DNA of 64,000 nucleotides, taken from contig JAYWCB010000010.1 of assembly GCA_043780835.1 (NCBI GenBank), forward strand, positions 2,845 through 66,844, written 5' to 3'. A program made the translations under genes and the position numbers. Within the stretch, counting starts at the first letter, position 1. Every line of letters begins with the position of its first letter. The notes beneath the pieces are model-generated. The model saw only the letters and a list, made by a program, of their open reading frames with translations. It made no database searches and was not told where the DNA came from. The DNA is from Minisyncoccota bacterium (lineage in GTDB: Bacteria > Patescibacteriota > Minisyncoccia > Phycocordibacterales > UBA2100). Shown one piece after another: positions 1 to 10,134 of this stretch.

Positions 1-667
1 CAGTCTAGGCATCCACCATACGCCCTTACTCAGAACTCCCGCTAGGAATTCTGAGAACCGCGTAACTCGACTTGTCTTCTGGCACCGCTGCCTTTCCAAC
101 AAGTCATTGCTTTCTGCGTACCCCCTTACAAGAGGAGTACGACTTTTTTGATACTTTCGTATCGATTTGCTTGTCCACTTTCGTGGAACAATTTTTCCTA
201 CATCTCATTTGGGAAAGACCTTCTGTCTACCTTTCGGCAAATCAGGAGAACCCATTTGAGAGTTTTATTCTTGTTTGTATCCGTGACACAAAAGAAAAAT
301 CTTTATACATTACAAAGAAAAATCCCCTGCGATCAGGATTCTTGTTTCGCTCTTCGTGTGTCAACGAGCAAACGTATATGTTTTGCATCGATTACTCGAG
401 CATGAAAAAGACCGCTTTCGCGGCCACCGATACACGTGAGTTTCCTCCCGTCTAAGGCAGCCGATTTGCAGTGCTTTCCGAACACATACGTGAAAAGGAG
501 TATAGGCGAGGCGCTCCGGTATGTCAAATAAATGGCTAAGCTCTGCCCCCTGTGGACAATCGTGGGGATAGACTGGGGATAGTCATGTGAATAAAACGGC
601 TTGAAATCAATGGAAATACAAAGAAACAAGCCCTATGGGAGCTTGTTTCTTTGTATATTCTTTGGAC

Positions 668-976
668 TTAACGATTATTATCCTGCTGATTGCCGCGATT
701 ACCTTGCTGGCTTCCCTGCTGATGAGCCTGGTTGTTCTGACCATTTTGGCTATTTTGGCTATTTTGGCTATTTTGACCGCGTGCCTGTCCGCCTTTTCGT
801 CCTGCTTCTGATGCCTTCTGCCGGTCGTTGGCAAAGTTTGCCGGATTATTTTCCTTGCCCTGCGACTGTCCGCCCTTGGATGCGATTTCTCGCTGCTTGT
901 CTTGGTCCATTGAGGCGAACCCGCGGTTACTTGTATCCCCCTGATTTTGATTTCGATTATTATTGTTATCTGCCAT
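668..976 (-). CDS. KGG-motif general stress protein
   Basis: RGFASMDQDKQREIASKGG and KASEAGRKGG motifs; N/Q-rich tail with a 9-bp (QNS) tandem repeat near 744-775. Confidence 0.85.
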   Translation of the reverse strand: MADNNNNRNQNQGDTSNRGFASMDQDKQREIASKGGQSQGKENNPANFANDRQKASEAGRKGGQARGQNSQNSQNSQNGQNNQAHQQGSQQGNRGNQQDNNR

Positions 977-1182
977 GGTGATGATGTGAGTGAATAATGA
1001 TGATGTGATGAGCGACTATTCGTTCGTGTCTTTTGCGGTTTGGTCGTGATCAAGTTTCGACGTATTTTGTTGGGTCTTTTCAGTCTGCAGATCGTCGTCT
1101 CGCATGCTTGAGGTTTTGTCCGACTGCTTGTTCTGATCGTCGTTTTTTTGATTCATAGTGAGTGAATGAGTTGGTTGATAGA

Positions 1183-1347
1183 TTACCGATTCCCGCGACT
1201 CGACCCCGATGAACGGGCGCCGTGACTTGCTTTGCCACCTTTCGAAGCGATCTCGCGCTGTTTTTCTTTATCCATCGAGGCAAATCCGCGATTGCTCGTG
1301 CCCGAGCTATTGGAACCTGTTCGTGAATTCGAATTTGAACGTGCCAT
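1183..1347 (-). CDS. Second small KGG-motif stress protein (54 aa, not in ORF track)
   Basis: Manual translation MARSNSNSRTGSNSSGTSNRGFASMDKKKQREIASKGGKASHGARSSGSSRGNR*. Confidence 0.8.
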   Translation of the reverse strand: MARSNSNSRTGSNSSGTSNRGFASMDKEKQREIASKGGKASHGARSSGSSRGNR

Positions 1348-1470
1348 ATTTTTTGTAAGGCATAACGCTGGTGATTAATATTCGACCGGCTTGTGAGCAA
1401 TAGTGACGCAACAGCAATGAAGCACCGGTTAAAGCGGCGCTGTAAGAATTCATGTGCAATTGCACGAGCT

Positions 1471-2160
1471 TTATCGCTCTGTAACAACCTCTTCAGCTTT
1501 CTGAAGATCTTCCGGATCTGAAATCTGAAACCAGAATGTAGCAGGTTCAAGCGTTATCGGTATGCCAGATACCTTCGAAGCTGCGAGAACTGTTTGCGGT
1601 AATCCGAATTCATTGCTCCCCTCACTTTTGGGGACCATGGGACATTGAAACAGGCGTGTGTCGAGAACATACATACTAGTTCCGATAATGCCGGGCTTGC
1701 CGCCGTGCGACCCCTCATCGATTCGATCAATGGTTCCGTCTTCGAGAAGAATAATTCGGCCGCCGGAAACAATGGGTGCCTCGTGCACTTGCATTACCCA
1801 GTCAGCTTTTGTAAGACAACGATTCGCATCATCTTTTGAATACATATCGTCCGACATCAAAACCATAAAGCGATCTTTCAAAAGCGGCGCAGCGCGCCAG
1901 AGCGCACCTGCCGTACCGTCGAGGACCTCCTGTTCTACATATAAAAGCTTTTTGCCGTTGTACTCGTTGCCCAGACGCTCTCGAATGAGATTTCCGAGAT
2001 ACCCCACAACAATAACGACTTCGTCGATTGAGTTCGGCAGGATATCGAGTTCTTGCTCGAGTAGTGATTTACCGGCAACTTCCAAAAGCGGCTTCGGACG
2101 AGATTCCGTGAGTACTCCCATTCTGGTTCCGCGACCTGCTGCCAAAATCACTGCTTGCAT
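1471..2160 (-). CDS. Sugar-phosphate nucleotidyltransferase (NTP_transferase family)
   Basis: N-terminal ILAAGRGTRM...PKPLL signature. Confidence 0.85.
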   Translation of the reverse strand: MQAVILAAGRGTRMGVLTESRPKPLLEVAGKSLLEQELDILPNSIDEVVIVVGYLGNLIRERLGNEYNGKKLLYVEQEVLDGTAGALWRAAPLLKDRFMVLMSDDMYSKDDANRCLTKADWVMQVHEAPIVSGGRIILLEDGTIDRIDEGSHGGKPGIIGTSMYVLDTRLFQCPMVPKSEGSNEFGLPQTVLAASKVSGIPITLEPATFWFQISDPEDLQKAEEVVTER

Positions 2161-2193
2161 CTGACGATGATAGCAAAAAAAACTTACCGGTAG

Positions 2194-3099
2194 CTAGCGA
2201 TAATTTACCTCCGCCTTCTTCGCGACAATACCCGCATTGGTCCGTACACACCAACTGACTATTTCTGTTACTTCGTTGCCATAGCCATACACCATCCAGG
2301 TCATGTCGAGACCGGAGCCTAAAACCGGTACGGAAATTGTCATAGTAGGGTCACTCGCAGGAGGCGTTCGGCTCAATACACGAGCCCACTGTCTCAGCTT
2401 GTCGGCTTTTTGCTCCTCCGTGTACCCCATGTCTTTCCAATGACGCAGAAGTTGCCGGCTAAATTCAGATACCGCATCAAAAACGGCGCTTCTCATTTTC
2501 TGATTCTCCTTTGCCGGTGGATACGCACCGATAACACCTAAATACATCAGCGCTGAATTGCCCCACACAGAACCTTTTTTCCGGATCTCATCTTTCAGTT
2601 CCTGCATCAGATCCACGCCTTCTGGTGAACGCGCGAATTCGGGCAATATGACGGACACACTTTCTGAAGGATCGGTCGCCTTTTCAATAGCTGTCGCAGT
2701 TATGTCAACGCGCGGCTGTGCCTCGTCGACCGGTGCTTGTTCCGCCGGCACACGTGCCGGTTCAGTATGCGCAACGTGCTCAAGCGCCTGAGCCGCTGGA
2801 ACAGCTAAAGCCCCAGAGTCGGGTGATACGAAATCAAGCACGCCGAGTAAACTTCTATAAGATTTTGCATCTTCAGCTGATAGTTCCAATTCATCTCTTC
2901 CGGCGAAGTATCCATTTGCAAGGCTTACGACGTCATTGGCGGCCTGGTCATGTTCCGTATATTGAACTCTGGATATGTACTTGTCGCTGCGGATCCTCCG
3001 CGCCATTTCCTGCAGATCCTCTATCTTGATCCGCATCGGTCCTTCTGTCGTGAGTTTCCGTTGCTCAGACATACCCGTAGTCTGCTTAAACTTTTCCAT
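2194..3099 (-). CDS. Hypothetical protein
   Basis: 301-aa ORF, no recognised motif. Confidence 0.65.
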   Translation of the reverse strand: MEKFKQTTGMSEQRKLTTEGPMRIKIEDLQEMARRIRSDKYISRVQYTEHDQAANDVVSLANGYFAGRDELELSAEDAKSYRSLLGVLDFVSPDSGALAVPAAQALEHVAHTEPARVPAEQAPVDEAQPRVDITATAIEKATDPSESVSVILPEFARSPEGVDLMQELKDEIRKKGSVWGNSALMYLGVIGAYPPAKENQKMRSAVFDAVSEFSRQLLRHWKDMGYTEEQKADKLRQWARVLSRTPPASDPTMTISVPVLGSGLDMTWMVYGYGNEVTEIVSWCVRTNAGIVAKKAEVNYR

Positions 3100-3181
3100 T
3101 TCCTCATGATGGCATGTGATACCAAAAATAGAAACCGCCAGCGTAGCTGGCGGTTTCCGGTCGAGGAGTGTGGGGGTCGAA

Positions 3182-3874
3182 TTAATCCTTGTGATGTGCT
3201 ATTTCCGAGCGGATGCGCTCGATAGCACGAGCAGCAGCGTCTTTCCCGCCGAGGCCAAACGCGAGACCGAACGCGAGTGATGCAGCAATGACAATTCCGG
3301 TGAAAAGTGTTTGCACAAATTCTGTCGCAACACCGAGCTGATTCAGTGCCGCGAGAACCGCGGTCACCCAGATCGCCCACTTAGCGACTGCGCCTGCCAA
3401 GTTCGCACCATGTGCGCCGGCGGCGCGAGCAGATCCCGCAACCAGGCCTCGTACCACTTCGGCAACGATCGCACCGAGAATCAATATGAGGGCCGCGACG
3501 ATTACCTGAGGCAGGTACAAGAGCACCACCGTCTGCAAGAAGATCGTCACTCGTGTGAGCCCGAGAATATCGAGAGACGCAACGAGAAACACCAAAACAA
3601 CGAACCACTGCACGAGTGTGCCCAAGATGTGTCCGACATCAAGATGAAACCCTGCTGATCGAGCCGCTTCGTCCATACCGGCGCTCCGCAATGCTTCGTT
3701 CAGTCGCAGTACGCGCACAATCTCTACAACGACGCGATAGAGTATCACGCCCACGATCCACCCGATCACAAACACAATCACTGCCGCAATGATTGCGGGC
3801 AGGAATTGCGCAACCGTATACCAGAGGTCGCTGAATGAGCCTTGCACCGCTCCCGCTGATTGAGTAACTAACAT
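3182..3874 (-). CDS. TM-helix repeat protein (CmpX/small mechanosensitive channel-like)
   Basis: FLPAIIAA and YLPQVIVA helix repeats; C-terminal LAFGLAFGLGGKDAA. Confidence 0.8.
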   Translation of the reverse strand: MLVTQSAGAVQGSFSDLWYTVAQFLPAIIAAVIVFVIGWIVGVILYRVVVEIVRVLRLNEALRSAGMDEAARSAGFHLDVGHILGTLVQWFVVLVFLVASLDILGLTRVTIFLQTVVLLYLPQVIVAALILILGAIVAEVVRGLVAGSARAAGAHGANLAGAVAKWAIWVTAVLAALNQLGVATEFVQTLFTGIVIAASLAFGLAFGLGGKDAAARAIERIRSEIAHHKD

Positions 3875-4006
3875 ATATATGTATAAACCTATATTAAAGA
3901 AAAAGTATTAAGGTACGGTTTCGACCCCGTATACCGTTATGATAGCAATCTCGTTCATGGAGACGGCTCCCTTTGGGGAGCCGTGTGGATAGTTCTTTTT
4001 GACGAT

Positions 4007-4645
4007 TTATAACAGCCGCGTTTTGTCCAAGAGCACAACGTGCGGGAAATCGAGCGTGTCGCGAATGAGGCGGTCTTTGACAGTGATGCGGTATCGAAAC
4101 TCTGGAGTTGTAAACGCAGCGTAGCGGATTTCCCGACCAAACGCCGGCTCGAGCGAACGAACAGCTTTTTCCAAACGGCGCTCATTAATAGAGTCGGATG
4201 CGATCAGAATATCTGCCGGCCGCGTATCGTCGCCCATAAATGATCCGGAGAGGATGACTGCGGAGATTCTGCCGCCGCGCTTCAGCGCACCGACAATACT
4301 GTCGTAACGGACCGGCGAGACTTCGTGAATGAGCGCGGAAACTGCGCGCAAGTGTTTGAATTCACTGTTCGTAGACCACGCTGCCACTTTTGCATTACCT
4401 TTTACGACGCGTTTTGATTTGTTTGCGAGCGTAATCGATACCGCGCGGGCCGGTTTTACCATGCCGATTTTCACCAGCGATTTCACTTCTTTCAGCACCG
4501 CCTTTGGTGCAACCCCGCTCCGCTTCGAGATATCCGAGACAGTCATGACATCGTTTGTATTAAACACAAAAACACGCAGAATTCGGGCACGGTTCTTATT
4601 GTTAAGAAACTCGGGGAGAAAATCGTCTTTCAGTACAGCAGTCAT
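4007..4645 (-). CDS. Winged-HTH protein with degenerate nucleotidyltransferase-like C-terminal domain
   Basis: N-terminal HTH (RARILRVF...DISKRSG); ILSGSF...DILI; family-level inference. Confidence 0.6.
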   Translation of the reverse strand: MTAVLKDDFLPEFLNNKNRARILRVFVFNTNDVMTVSDISKRSGVAPKAVLKEVKSLVKIGMVKPARAVSITLANKSKRVVKGNAKVAAWSTNSEFKHLRAVSALIHEVSPVRYDSIVGALKRGGRISAVILSGSFMGDDTRPADILIASDSINERRLEKAVRSLEPAFGREIRYAAFTTPEFRYRITVKDRLIRDTLDFPHVVLLDKTRLL

Positions 4646-4712
4646 AGGCTCATACTACTACCCTCTCGATAGTCCAAATGGGGTGAAGTGTGGATAGATC
4701 GATAGACCCGTA

Positions 4713-5204
4713 TTAGACGGCTTGGTCAATTTTTATGATTTTGTGAGAATAATCACCCAATGCCGCTACTAGCGCATGAATGGATTTTTTTAGCACTGGA
4801 TGGATTAATTTTCCCGCGATGTCTGCAAGCGGCACGAGCACGAATGCCCGCTCGTGCATTCGTGGATGCGGAATGGTGAGCGTACTCGTGCGAAGCGAAA
4901 TAGACTCGTACAGCAAAAGATCGACATCGATCACCCGAGGGTCGAATTTACCCGCCTTTCTACGCCCCATCGCCTTTTCGATCATCTGACACTTTTCAAA
5001 CGCTCGCTCCGGTGAGAGGTCAGTTTGCACTCGACAGCAGATATTCAAACAGCGCGGTTTGCCGGGTCGGTAGAGCTTGTCGGTTACGTACATTGCCGAC
5101 GACTTTAGAATGCGAAACTCCGGTCCAAAGAGCCGCATTGCTTGTTCGAGGTTAGCCTCGCTGTGCCCGAGGTTGCTGCCCAGTCCTATGTAGACCGTGG
5201 CCAT
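4713..5204 (-). CDS. folK: 2-amino-4-hydroxy-6-hydroxymethyldihydropteridine pyrophosphokinase
   Basis: YIGLGSNLG, PRVIDVDLL, IPHPRMHERAFVLVPL. Confidence 0.92.
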   Translation of the reverse strand: MATVYIGLGSNLGHSEANLEQAMRLFGPEFRILKSSAMYVTDKLYRPGKPRCLNICCRVQTDLSPERAFEKCQMIEKAMGRRKAGKFDPRVIDVDLLLYESISLRTSTLTIPHPRMHERAFVLVPLADIAGKLIHPVLKKSIHALVAALGDYSHKIIKIDQAV

Positions 5205-5324
5205 ATACACTCATCCTACCCTGTTTAAATTTGAATACAATCCGGTTTCTTCATGTGTTCGCTGAATTGACTTCTGGGTACTCATGGGGTCTTATGTGTT
5301 CGGGATATATTGTAGGAGCTGAGA

Positions 5325-5648
5325 ATGCACGAAATAAGCGAAGTGCTTGATTGGAAATTCGAGCGCCTTGAACTGCGAGGCCGCAGTCACGACTATTTGA
5401 AAAAACTTTACGGCCAGCATACTCTTGTACGTGAACTGGTTACACTACCGGTGACCACACTGACTGCGCACATACGAGCGAGCCACAAACGACCGGGGCC
5501 GATTGTGAATGACATCAAAGAATCACTCATGAATCATGGTCTTGAGCTCGGAACTGATCCGGCCAAACTGCCACACTCCGTTCATTCGAACGTGCGCGAT
5601 CTTTCGAAACTAGCGATAGCAACTCAAGCGGCTTCGGTGAAGCAGTAG
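5325..5648 (+). CDS. Small protein resembling a stand-alone RNA polymerase alpha C-terminal domain
   Basis: LELRGRSHDYLK...LVRELV...DIKESLMNHGLELG resembles alphaCTD; SD AGGAG upstream. Confidence 0.5.
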   Translation: MHEISEVLDWKFERLELRGRSHDYLKKLYGQHTLVRELVTLPVTTLTAHIRASHKRPGPIVNDIKESLMNHGLELGTDPAKLPHSVHSNVRDLSKLAIATQAASVKQ

Positions 5649-5679
5649 CCGCAGCGCTCCAAAAGGAAGGGAGGAAACC

Positions 5680-5904
5680 GTGCCCATCATCCACAATAGT
5701 CCGCGACGGACTATCATCGTGATCGATGAGGATGTTGGTAGCGTAACCGTGAGTATGACCAGGAAGCGTGCATGTCGTGAATCCGAACCAGAGCTTGCAC
5801 TCGATAAGGCGATCGTTCCTGATCAAGAATCCGCATTCGAACTTGTACACCAACATTTCGGTATGAGTGATGCCGAACTGAACGCTCTCATGAGAGCCAC
5901 ATGA
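5680..5904 (+). CDS. Hypothetical small protein
   Basis: GGGAGG SD before GTG; followed by terminator. Confidence 0.55.
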   Translation: MPIIHNSPRRTIIVIDEDVGSVTVSMTRKRACRESEPELALDKAIVPDQESAFELVHQHFGMSDAELNALMRAT

Positions 5905-5906
5905 CC

Positions 5907-5934
5907 AAAAACCCGGCAGTGATGCCGGGTTTTT
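5907..5934. terminator. Bidirectional intrinsic terminator
   Basis: aaaaacccggca-gtga-tgccgggttttt between convergent genes. Confidence 0.8.
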
Positions 5935-5963
5935 AATGTGAGCGTGTGCTCGGTTTGATTGAA

Positions 5964-6323
5964 TTACTTCAATGCGACCTTCCCACCGGCGGTTTCGATT
6001 TTTGCCTTGAGGGCTTCTGCGTCCTCCTTCTTCATACCCTGCTTGAGCATAGCCGGAGCTGATTCAACGAGGGTCTTGGATTCTGCGAGGCCGAGTGCCA
6101 ACGCCTCCTTAACCACCTTGATAACAGCGATTTTCTGTTCACCGAACGACGTAAGCTCGACATCGAACTCGGTCTTTTCGTCAGCCGCTGCTGCGCCTGC
6201 CGGTCCGGCAACTGCAACCGCCGCTGCGGATACGCCCCACTTCTCTTCGATTGTTTTCACGAGCGTATTGAGCTCGAGAACCGTCATCTTTTCGACTGCC
6301 TCTATGATTTGATCATTTGTCAT
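5964..6323 (-). CDS. rplL: 50S ribosomal protein L7/L12
   Basis: [32 protein letters not shown]; start moved to MTNDQ. Confidence 0.97.
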   Translation of the reverse strand: MTNDQIIEAVEKMTVLELNTLVKTIEEKWGVSAAAVAVAGPAGAAAADEKTEFDVELTSFGEQKIAVIKVVKEALALGLAESKTLVESAPAMLKQGMKKEDAEALKAKIETAGGKVALK

Positions 6324-6354
6324 ATTGTATAAATGATTGTTGTTCAATAAATAA

Positions 6355-6849
6355 TTACTGTTTTGTTCCTGCGACCGCGTCGAGCACAACAGCGAATCGC
6401 TGGCGCGGCGAATTAATCACCTGCGCAAACATTCCGCGCAGTACCTGCAGCGATGGGATGGTCGCGATCTCTTCCATTTGTGCACGATTCACAATCTTAC
6501 CCTCGAAAATTCCTCCGAGAATCTGAACGCGATTCGTCAATTTCTTTCCGAACTCATGCACGATGCGTGCGGCGACAGTGGCGTCGTCGCCTCCGCCGTA
6601 TGCAGCAGCCACTTCTCCGTCGAGGGTCATACCTTCGGTCGAGTGACCAAGCTTCTGAAGCGCGAGGCGGATGAGTGTCTTTTTTGCGACCGTGTATTTT
6701 ACGTTGTCTGAGCGCAGTGCACGGCGCATTGCCGTTTCGTCTGCGACAGTGATACCGCGAAAGTGTACAAAGACTGTCGATGTAGCAGACTTGAAAGACT
6801 CTGCGAGCGCATCGATGACCTGCCCTTTCTGTTCTCTGGTTTTAGCCAT
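6355..6849 (-). CDS. rplJ: 50S ribosomal protein L10
   Basis: MAKTREQK...[11 protein letters not shown]; immediately upstream of rplL. Confidence 0.95.
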   Translation of the reverse strand: MAKTREQKGQVIDALAESFKSATSTVFVHFRGITVADETAMRRALRSDNVKYTVAKKTLIRLALQKLGHSTEGMTLDGEVAAAYGGGDDATVAARIVHEFGKKLTNRVQILGGIFEGKIVNRAQMEEIATIPSLQVLRGMFAQVINSPRQRFAVVLDAVAGTKQ

Positions 6850-6874
6850 GTGCAAAAAAGTTACGTCTGTTACT

Positions 6875-6972
6875 AACAAGGCTGTCCGTCCCGAACGGAT
6901 TCGGGAAGACGGAGTGTTCGACCTCGGCAAGACTGACTCTCCGTTTGGAGACGCTCGCGTTCTCTGGCCTTG
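6875..6972 (-). promoter_or_regulatory. Putative L10 leader (autoregulatory RNA)
   Basis: Structured 5' UTR of rplJ containing CTTGCCGAGGT, similar to the L10-leader core. Confidence 0.5.
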
Positions 6973-7106
6973 TGCGACGTATAATACTGATTTTATTGAG
7001 CGCGTCAAATAGCGATTTTACCGGCAGGGTTATGATTGAAGCGGTATTGACTTTAAATTAATTAGTGTTAATATACAGCTAGTTTCCTCTATGCGGAGTT
7101 ACCGGC

Positions 7107-7358
7107 ATGTCGCTATTTGCAACTCGTTATCGCACTCTTCCTACCGAGGCCAAAACGCTTCTGTCGGTCACGAACAAAGAATGCGGATTCGGCGTCGCTG
7201 CCGAACTCTGTCAGCATCTATTCAAAATGCATCACGATGGAATCGACGACCGATTCTGGGATAATGTCGACGATTCTGACGGCGCCGCGATTCTCGATAT
7301 CGCAAAGGCGCAGGGCATGAAAAAAGTCGGATCATTCGATCTGATGCAAATCGCATAA
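7107..7358 (+). CDS. Hypothetical protein
   Basis: 83-aa ORF; upstream TTGACT...TAATAT promoter-like sequence and GGAG. Confidence 0.55.
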   Translation: MSLFATRYRTLPTEAKTLLSVTNKECGFGVAAELCQHLFKMHHDGIDDRFWDNVDDSDGAAILDIAKAQGMKKVGSFDLMQIA

Positions 7359-7626
7359 GTTCCCACGGACTGGAGGGCTCCATTACCGTGGCATCGCACA
7401 GCGCTCGTTCTTGCCCCGGAACAGTGCTGTGCCGGACTCCAGTATCGTTAGATACTGGAGTCCCTTCTTTTTATTGCCGAACATCGGGCCATAACGGTAA
7501 GATGCCGACGGAACACTCCCGAGACAGTCCCCTCACTCTCTCGGAGTTAGAGCAGTGCCAGTGTCTGGTGCACTGCTTGAAACCCCGACCGCTTGTCCCA
7601 GCGGTCGGGGTTTTTTCATTACTCAT

Positions 7627-7797
7627 TTATTGAACCTCTTCGAGCATCTTTGCTTTTGCCGCCGCCGCCGCCTGAGTTGTTGCACGTGCCGTAGCGTAGG
7701 AATTGACCGCATAGGTGAGTCCGAATGAGAGCGTGATCAGGGTCAAAAAACCCGTAAGGAATTTGATGAACGAACCCGCAGGTGTCGGCTGCTGCAT
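7627..7797 (-). CDS. Small single-pass membrane protein
   Basis: Hydrophobic FLTGFLTLITLSFGLTYAV; TATAAT just upstream. Confidence 0.6.
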   Translation of the reverse strand: MQQPTPAGSFIKFLTGFLTLITLSFGLTYAVNSYATARATTQAAAAAKAKMLEEVQ

Positions 7798-7846
7798 AAT
7801 CCGATAATTATACAACGAAAGCCCGGCGTGAACGCCGGGCTTTTTC

Positions 7847-8500
7847 TTAGGGAACTTTTACGAACTGGAGCGGGTTCGGGCACAATTTTTGCCATCGCTT
7901 CCACTCGCTCTGCGGACAGTAGCCGTCGATCGAATCGGGATCATCTGAAAACATCATCCATGCCTCTGCCGTCAACGCTTGGATATGCAGATGACTGAAC
8001 CATCCGCCGTTTTCGTGTGGCACACCGACCGTTGCAAAGATCTCTCCCGGCTTGAGTCGCTGAGTCAACTCGCACATCGGACGCGCAAGATGGGCATAGA
8101 TTAGCCATATCTGCGTATCTTTCAATTTCAGAAACACGCGATTTCCCCATCCATATGGCTCGGGATGATCGGTAGTGATACACACGACATGAGCATCACA
8201 ATCGATTGCGATTTCGGTACCTGCGGGAACGTTCACATCGATACCAAGATGCACGGGATCATCCATGCGGTCGAGGTACGTGCCACGCCATACGTGTCCA
8301 CGATGTTCACCGTATGATCCATACGACGCATCTACATTTCGGTGCGAATGGTATCGATCAAGTAACTCCTGTGTACCATCAGGTTGCGCATACGGATTTC
8401 TGACAGCACGGGATATACCTCTCTGTGCTGCATCAATACGGGAAATTGCATCAAGATCTACGGTTACGAGGCGCTTACCTCTGAGACTTGGAATTGTCAT
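7847..8500 (-). CDS. M23-family metallopeptidase
   Basis: HLGID, YAHL and HLH motifs. Confidence 0.85.
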   Translation of the reverse strand: MTIPSLRGKRLVTVDLDAISRIDAAQRGISRAVRNPYAQPDGTQELLDRYHSHRNVDASYGSYGEHRGHVWRGTYLDRMDDPVHLGIDVNVPAGTEIAIDCDAHVVCITTDHPEPYGWGNRVFLKLKDTQIWLIYAHLARPMCELTQRLKPGEIFATVGVPHENGGWFSHLHIQALTAEAWMMFSDDPDSIDGYCPQSEWKRWQKLCPNPLQFVKVP

Positions 8501-8613
8501 AACATTCCCCTTCTATTGAATCTGTCGCAACCCTATCAAACTGAATTCCCGGGTCAACGACAGACGATTTTTACAAAAATACAGCGCGGTCTGGTGACCG
8601 CGCTGTAAAAACA

Positions 8614-9261
8614 TTAGAGAACTTTATAGATATTGATTCTGCATTCCGCGGTGAGTCGGAAGCCGCGCGTCCGCAAAAATTCAAGGGCAACCGCGGTATC
8701 AACCGTCGGCTTTGTGGCATGTAGAAATTCGGGAATTGTCGTAAGTTCAAACGTGGCCTCTTCTATTGTTTCTCCCACGTGTGCGATTGCAGGGTGCGTG
8801 CGCATCGCACGCATTGCGGCTCGTTTTGCGAACGTTTTGTCGCCGCCGTTAATGCCGAGTTCGCGCTCAGCGTCGAAAAAAGATCCTTTAAATCCCGGCT
8901 CAAGAATGACGACGTGCGAATTCCACCGCAACACGCGAACCGCTTCGTCGAGTGCGGTTTCCATCATGTTCACCGGCACCTTGTGGAGCGAGAGTGAAAA
9001 GACCGCAATATCGAATACGCCACCTCCAACCGGTAAATCGATGAGTGATCCCCGCTCAAACCTTGCATGTGGTATAGCGCGTGCCTTTGCGCGACGAATA
9101 TTGAACGCATGCGGATCGATACCATAGAGGAGTCGCGGATTTCGCTGTGCGAACTCCGCAGTGTACCGACCGTCACCGCATCCGATTTCAATAATGCCGG
9201 AGCCTGCGAGCCCTATCTTTTGATCAAGGAGCTTCACGAATGAGTCTTCGGATCGCTTCAT
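8614..9261 (-). CDS. Class I SAM-dependent methyltransferase
   Basis: IEIGCGDG motif I, GID, FDIAVFSLSLH. Confidence 0.85.
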   Translation of the reverse strand: MKRSEDSFVKLLDQKIGLAGSGIIEIGCGDGRYTAEFAQRNPRLLYGIDPHAFNIRRAKARAIPHARFERGSLIDLPVGGGVFDIAVFSLSLHKVPVNMMETALDEAVRVLRWNSHVVILEPGFKGSFFDAERELGINGGDKTFAKRAAMRAMRTHPAIAHVGETIEEATFELTTIPEFLHATKPTVDTAVALEFLRTRGFRLTAECRINIYKVL

Positions 9262-9320
9262 GTTCGATCTCCCCTGTTTTGATCTTCCTGCCGGCACTAT
9301 ATACCGAGTGGCCCAATACA

Positions 9321-9692
9321 CTAGTCGTATTTACTTTGGGCGATATGGTAGTGCGGCAGGATTACTTTTTTATATAAAATGACGAGCGTGATTGTACTGA
9401 GTACAAGTACTGCGAGTGTGGATACAAGTGATTTCGCCTCGAGCTTTCCGACTGCAGTCGGTGTGATTAGAACGGCGCACATAGACGCGATGGTCCACGG
9501 GACTGCAAAGCGAAACCACCATCGATAGGCTTCGCCCTTCACCCACTGCATCGCGTAAAGCGCAGCTAAGAGCGGTAGTGTTGGAAGCAGTGCGTATGCA
9601 AGCCCCTGCCCAAATGAGCCACCACCAAACAACCAAAGAAGCGTGAGTAATCCCACGCAGGCCATCAGCACCCATTTGAGCTGATCCCTCAT
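9321..9692 (-). CDS. Small multi-pass membrane protein
   Basis: About 4 TM segments; YRWWFRFAVPW resembles the neighbouring gene. Confidence 0.7.
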   Translation of the reverse strand: MRDQLKWVLMACVGLLTLLWLFGGGSFGQGLAYALLPTLPLLAALYAMQWVKGEAYRWWFRFAVPWTIASMCAVLITPTAVGKLEAKSLVSTLAVLVLSTITLVILYKKVILPHYHIAQSKYD

Positions 9693-9701
9693 CCCCCTAT
9701 C

Positions 9702-10118
9702 CTACACCCACCTCTTCAACGCAGCCCTCTTGGTAACAATTATTACGAATGACGCGATAATAAAAATCAAAATCATACCAATGTCGATGATCCCTTTTGT
9801 ACTCGGCATTGGTAGCGACTGACTTGCATCATTCGGCGCAGCCATTGTCAGAAGTACGGTAAGCGGAACCCACCATATAGCGAATTTTGCCCAAGACTGG
9901 AAAACTTCTTCTCGCATGAAATATGTAACTAGTGAAAAAAACATTGTTGGAATAAAAATAAATAGAGATGCAGCCAGCGCGACCATGCTAAATGCACAAT
10001 CATAGTTTTCACGCGCACAAAGACCTGTCTTCCACGAGTTTGCTACCAAAAACATTACGATGACTCCCCCGATGGCAACAATCAAAACATTCCTTTTTGC
10101 AATAATTCTTGCATGCAT
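9702..10118 (-). CDS. Small multi-pass membrane protein
   Basis: About 4 TM segments; FQSWAKFAIWWVPL. Confidence 0.75.
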   Translation of the reverse strand: MHARIIAKRNVLIVAIGGVIVMFLVANSWKTGLCARENYDCAFSMVALAASLFIFIPTMFFSLVTYFMREEVFQSWAKFAIWWVPLTVLLTMAAPNDASQSLPMPSTKGIIDIGMILIFIIASFVIIVTKRAALKRWV

Positions 10119-10134
10119 ACCAGTTTTTGTGTCA

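Noticed and set aside
1-660. ORFs 72-455, 148-405, 333-629 and a hairpin near 28-55
   Set aside because: No recognisable protein or RNA signature; context cut by the window edge
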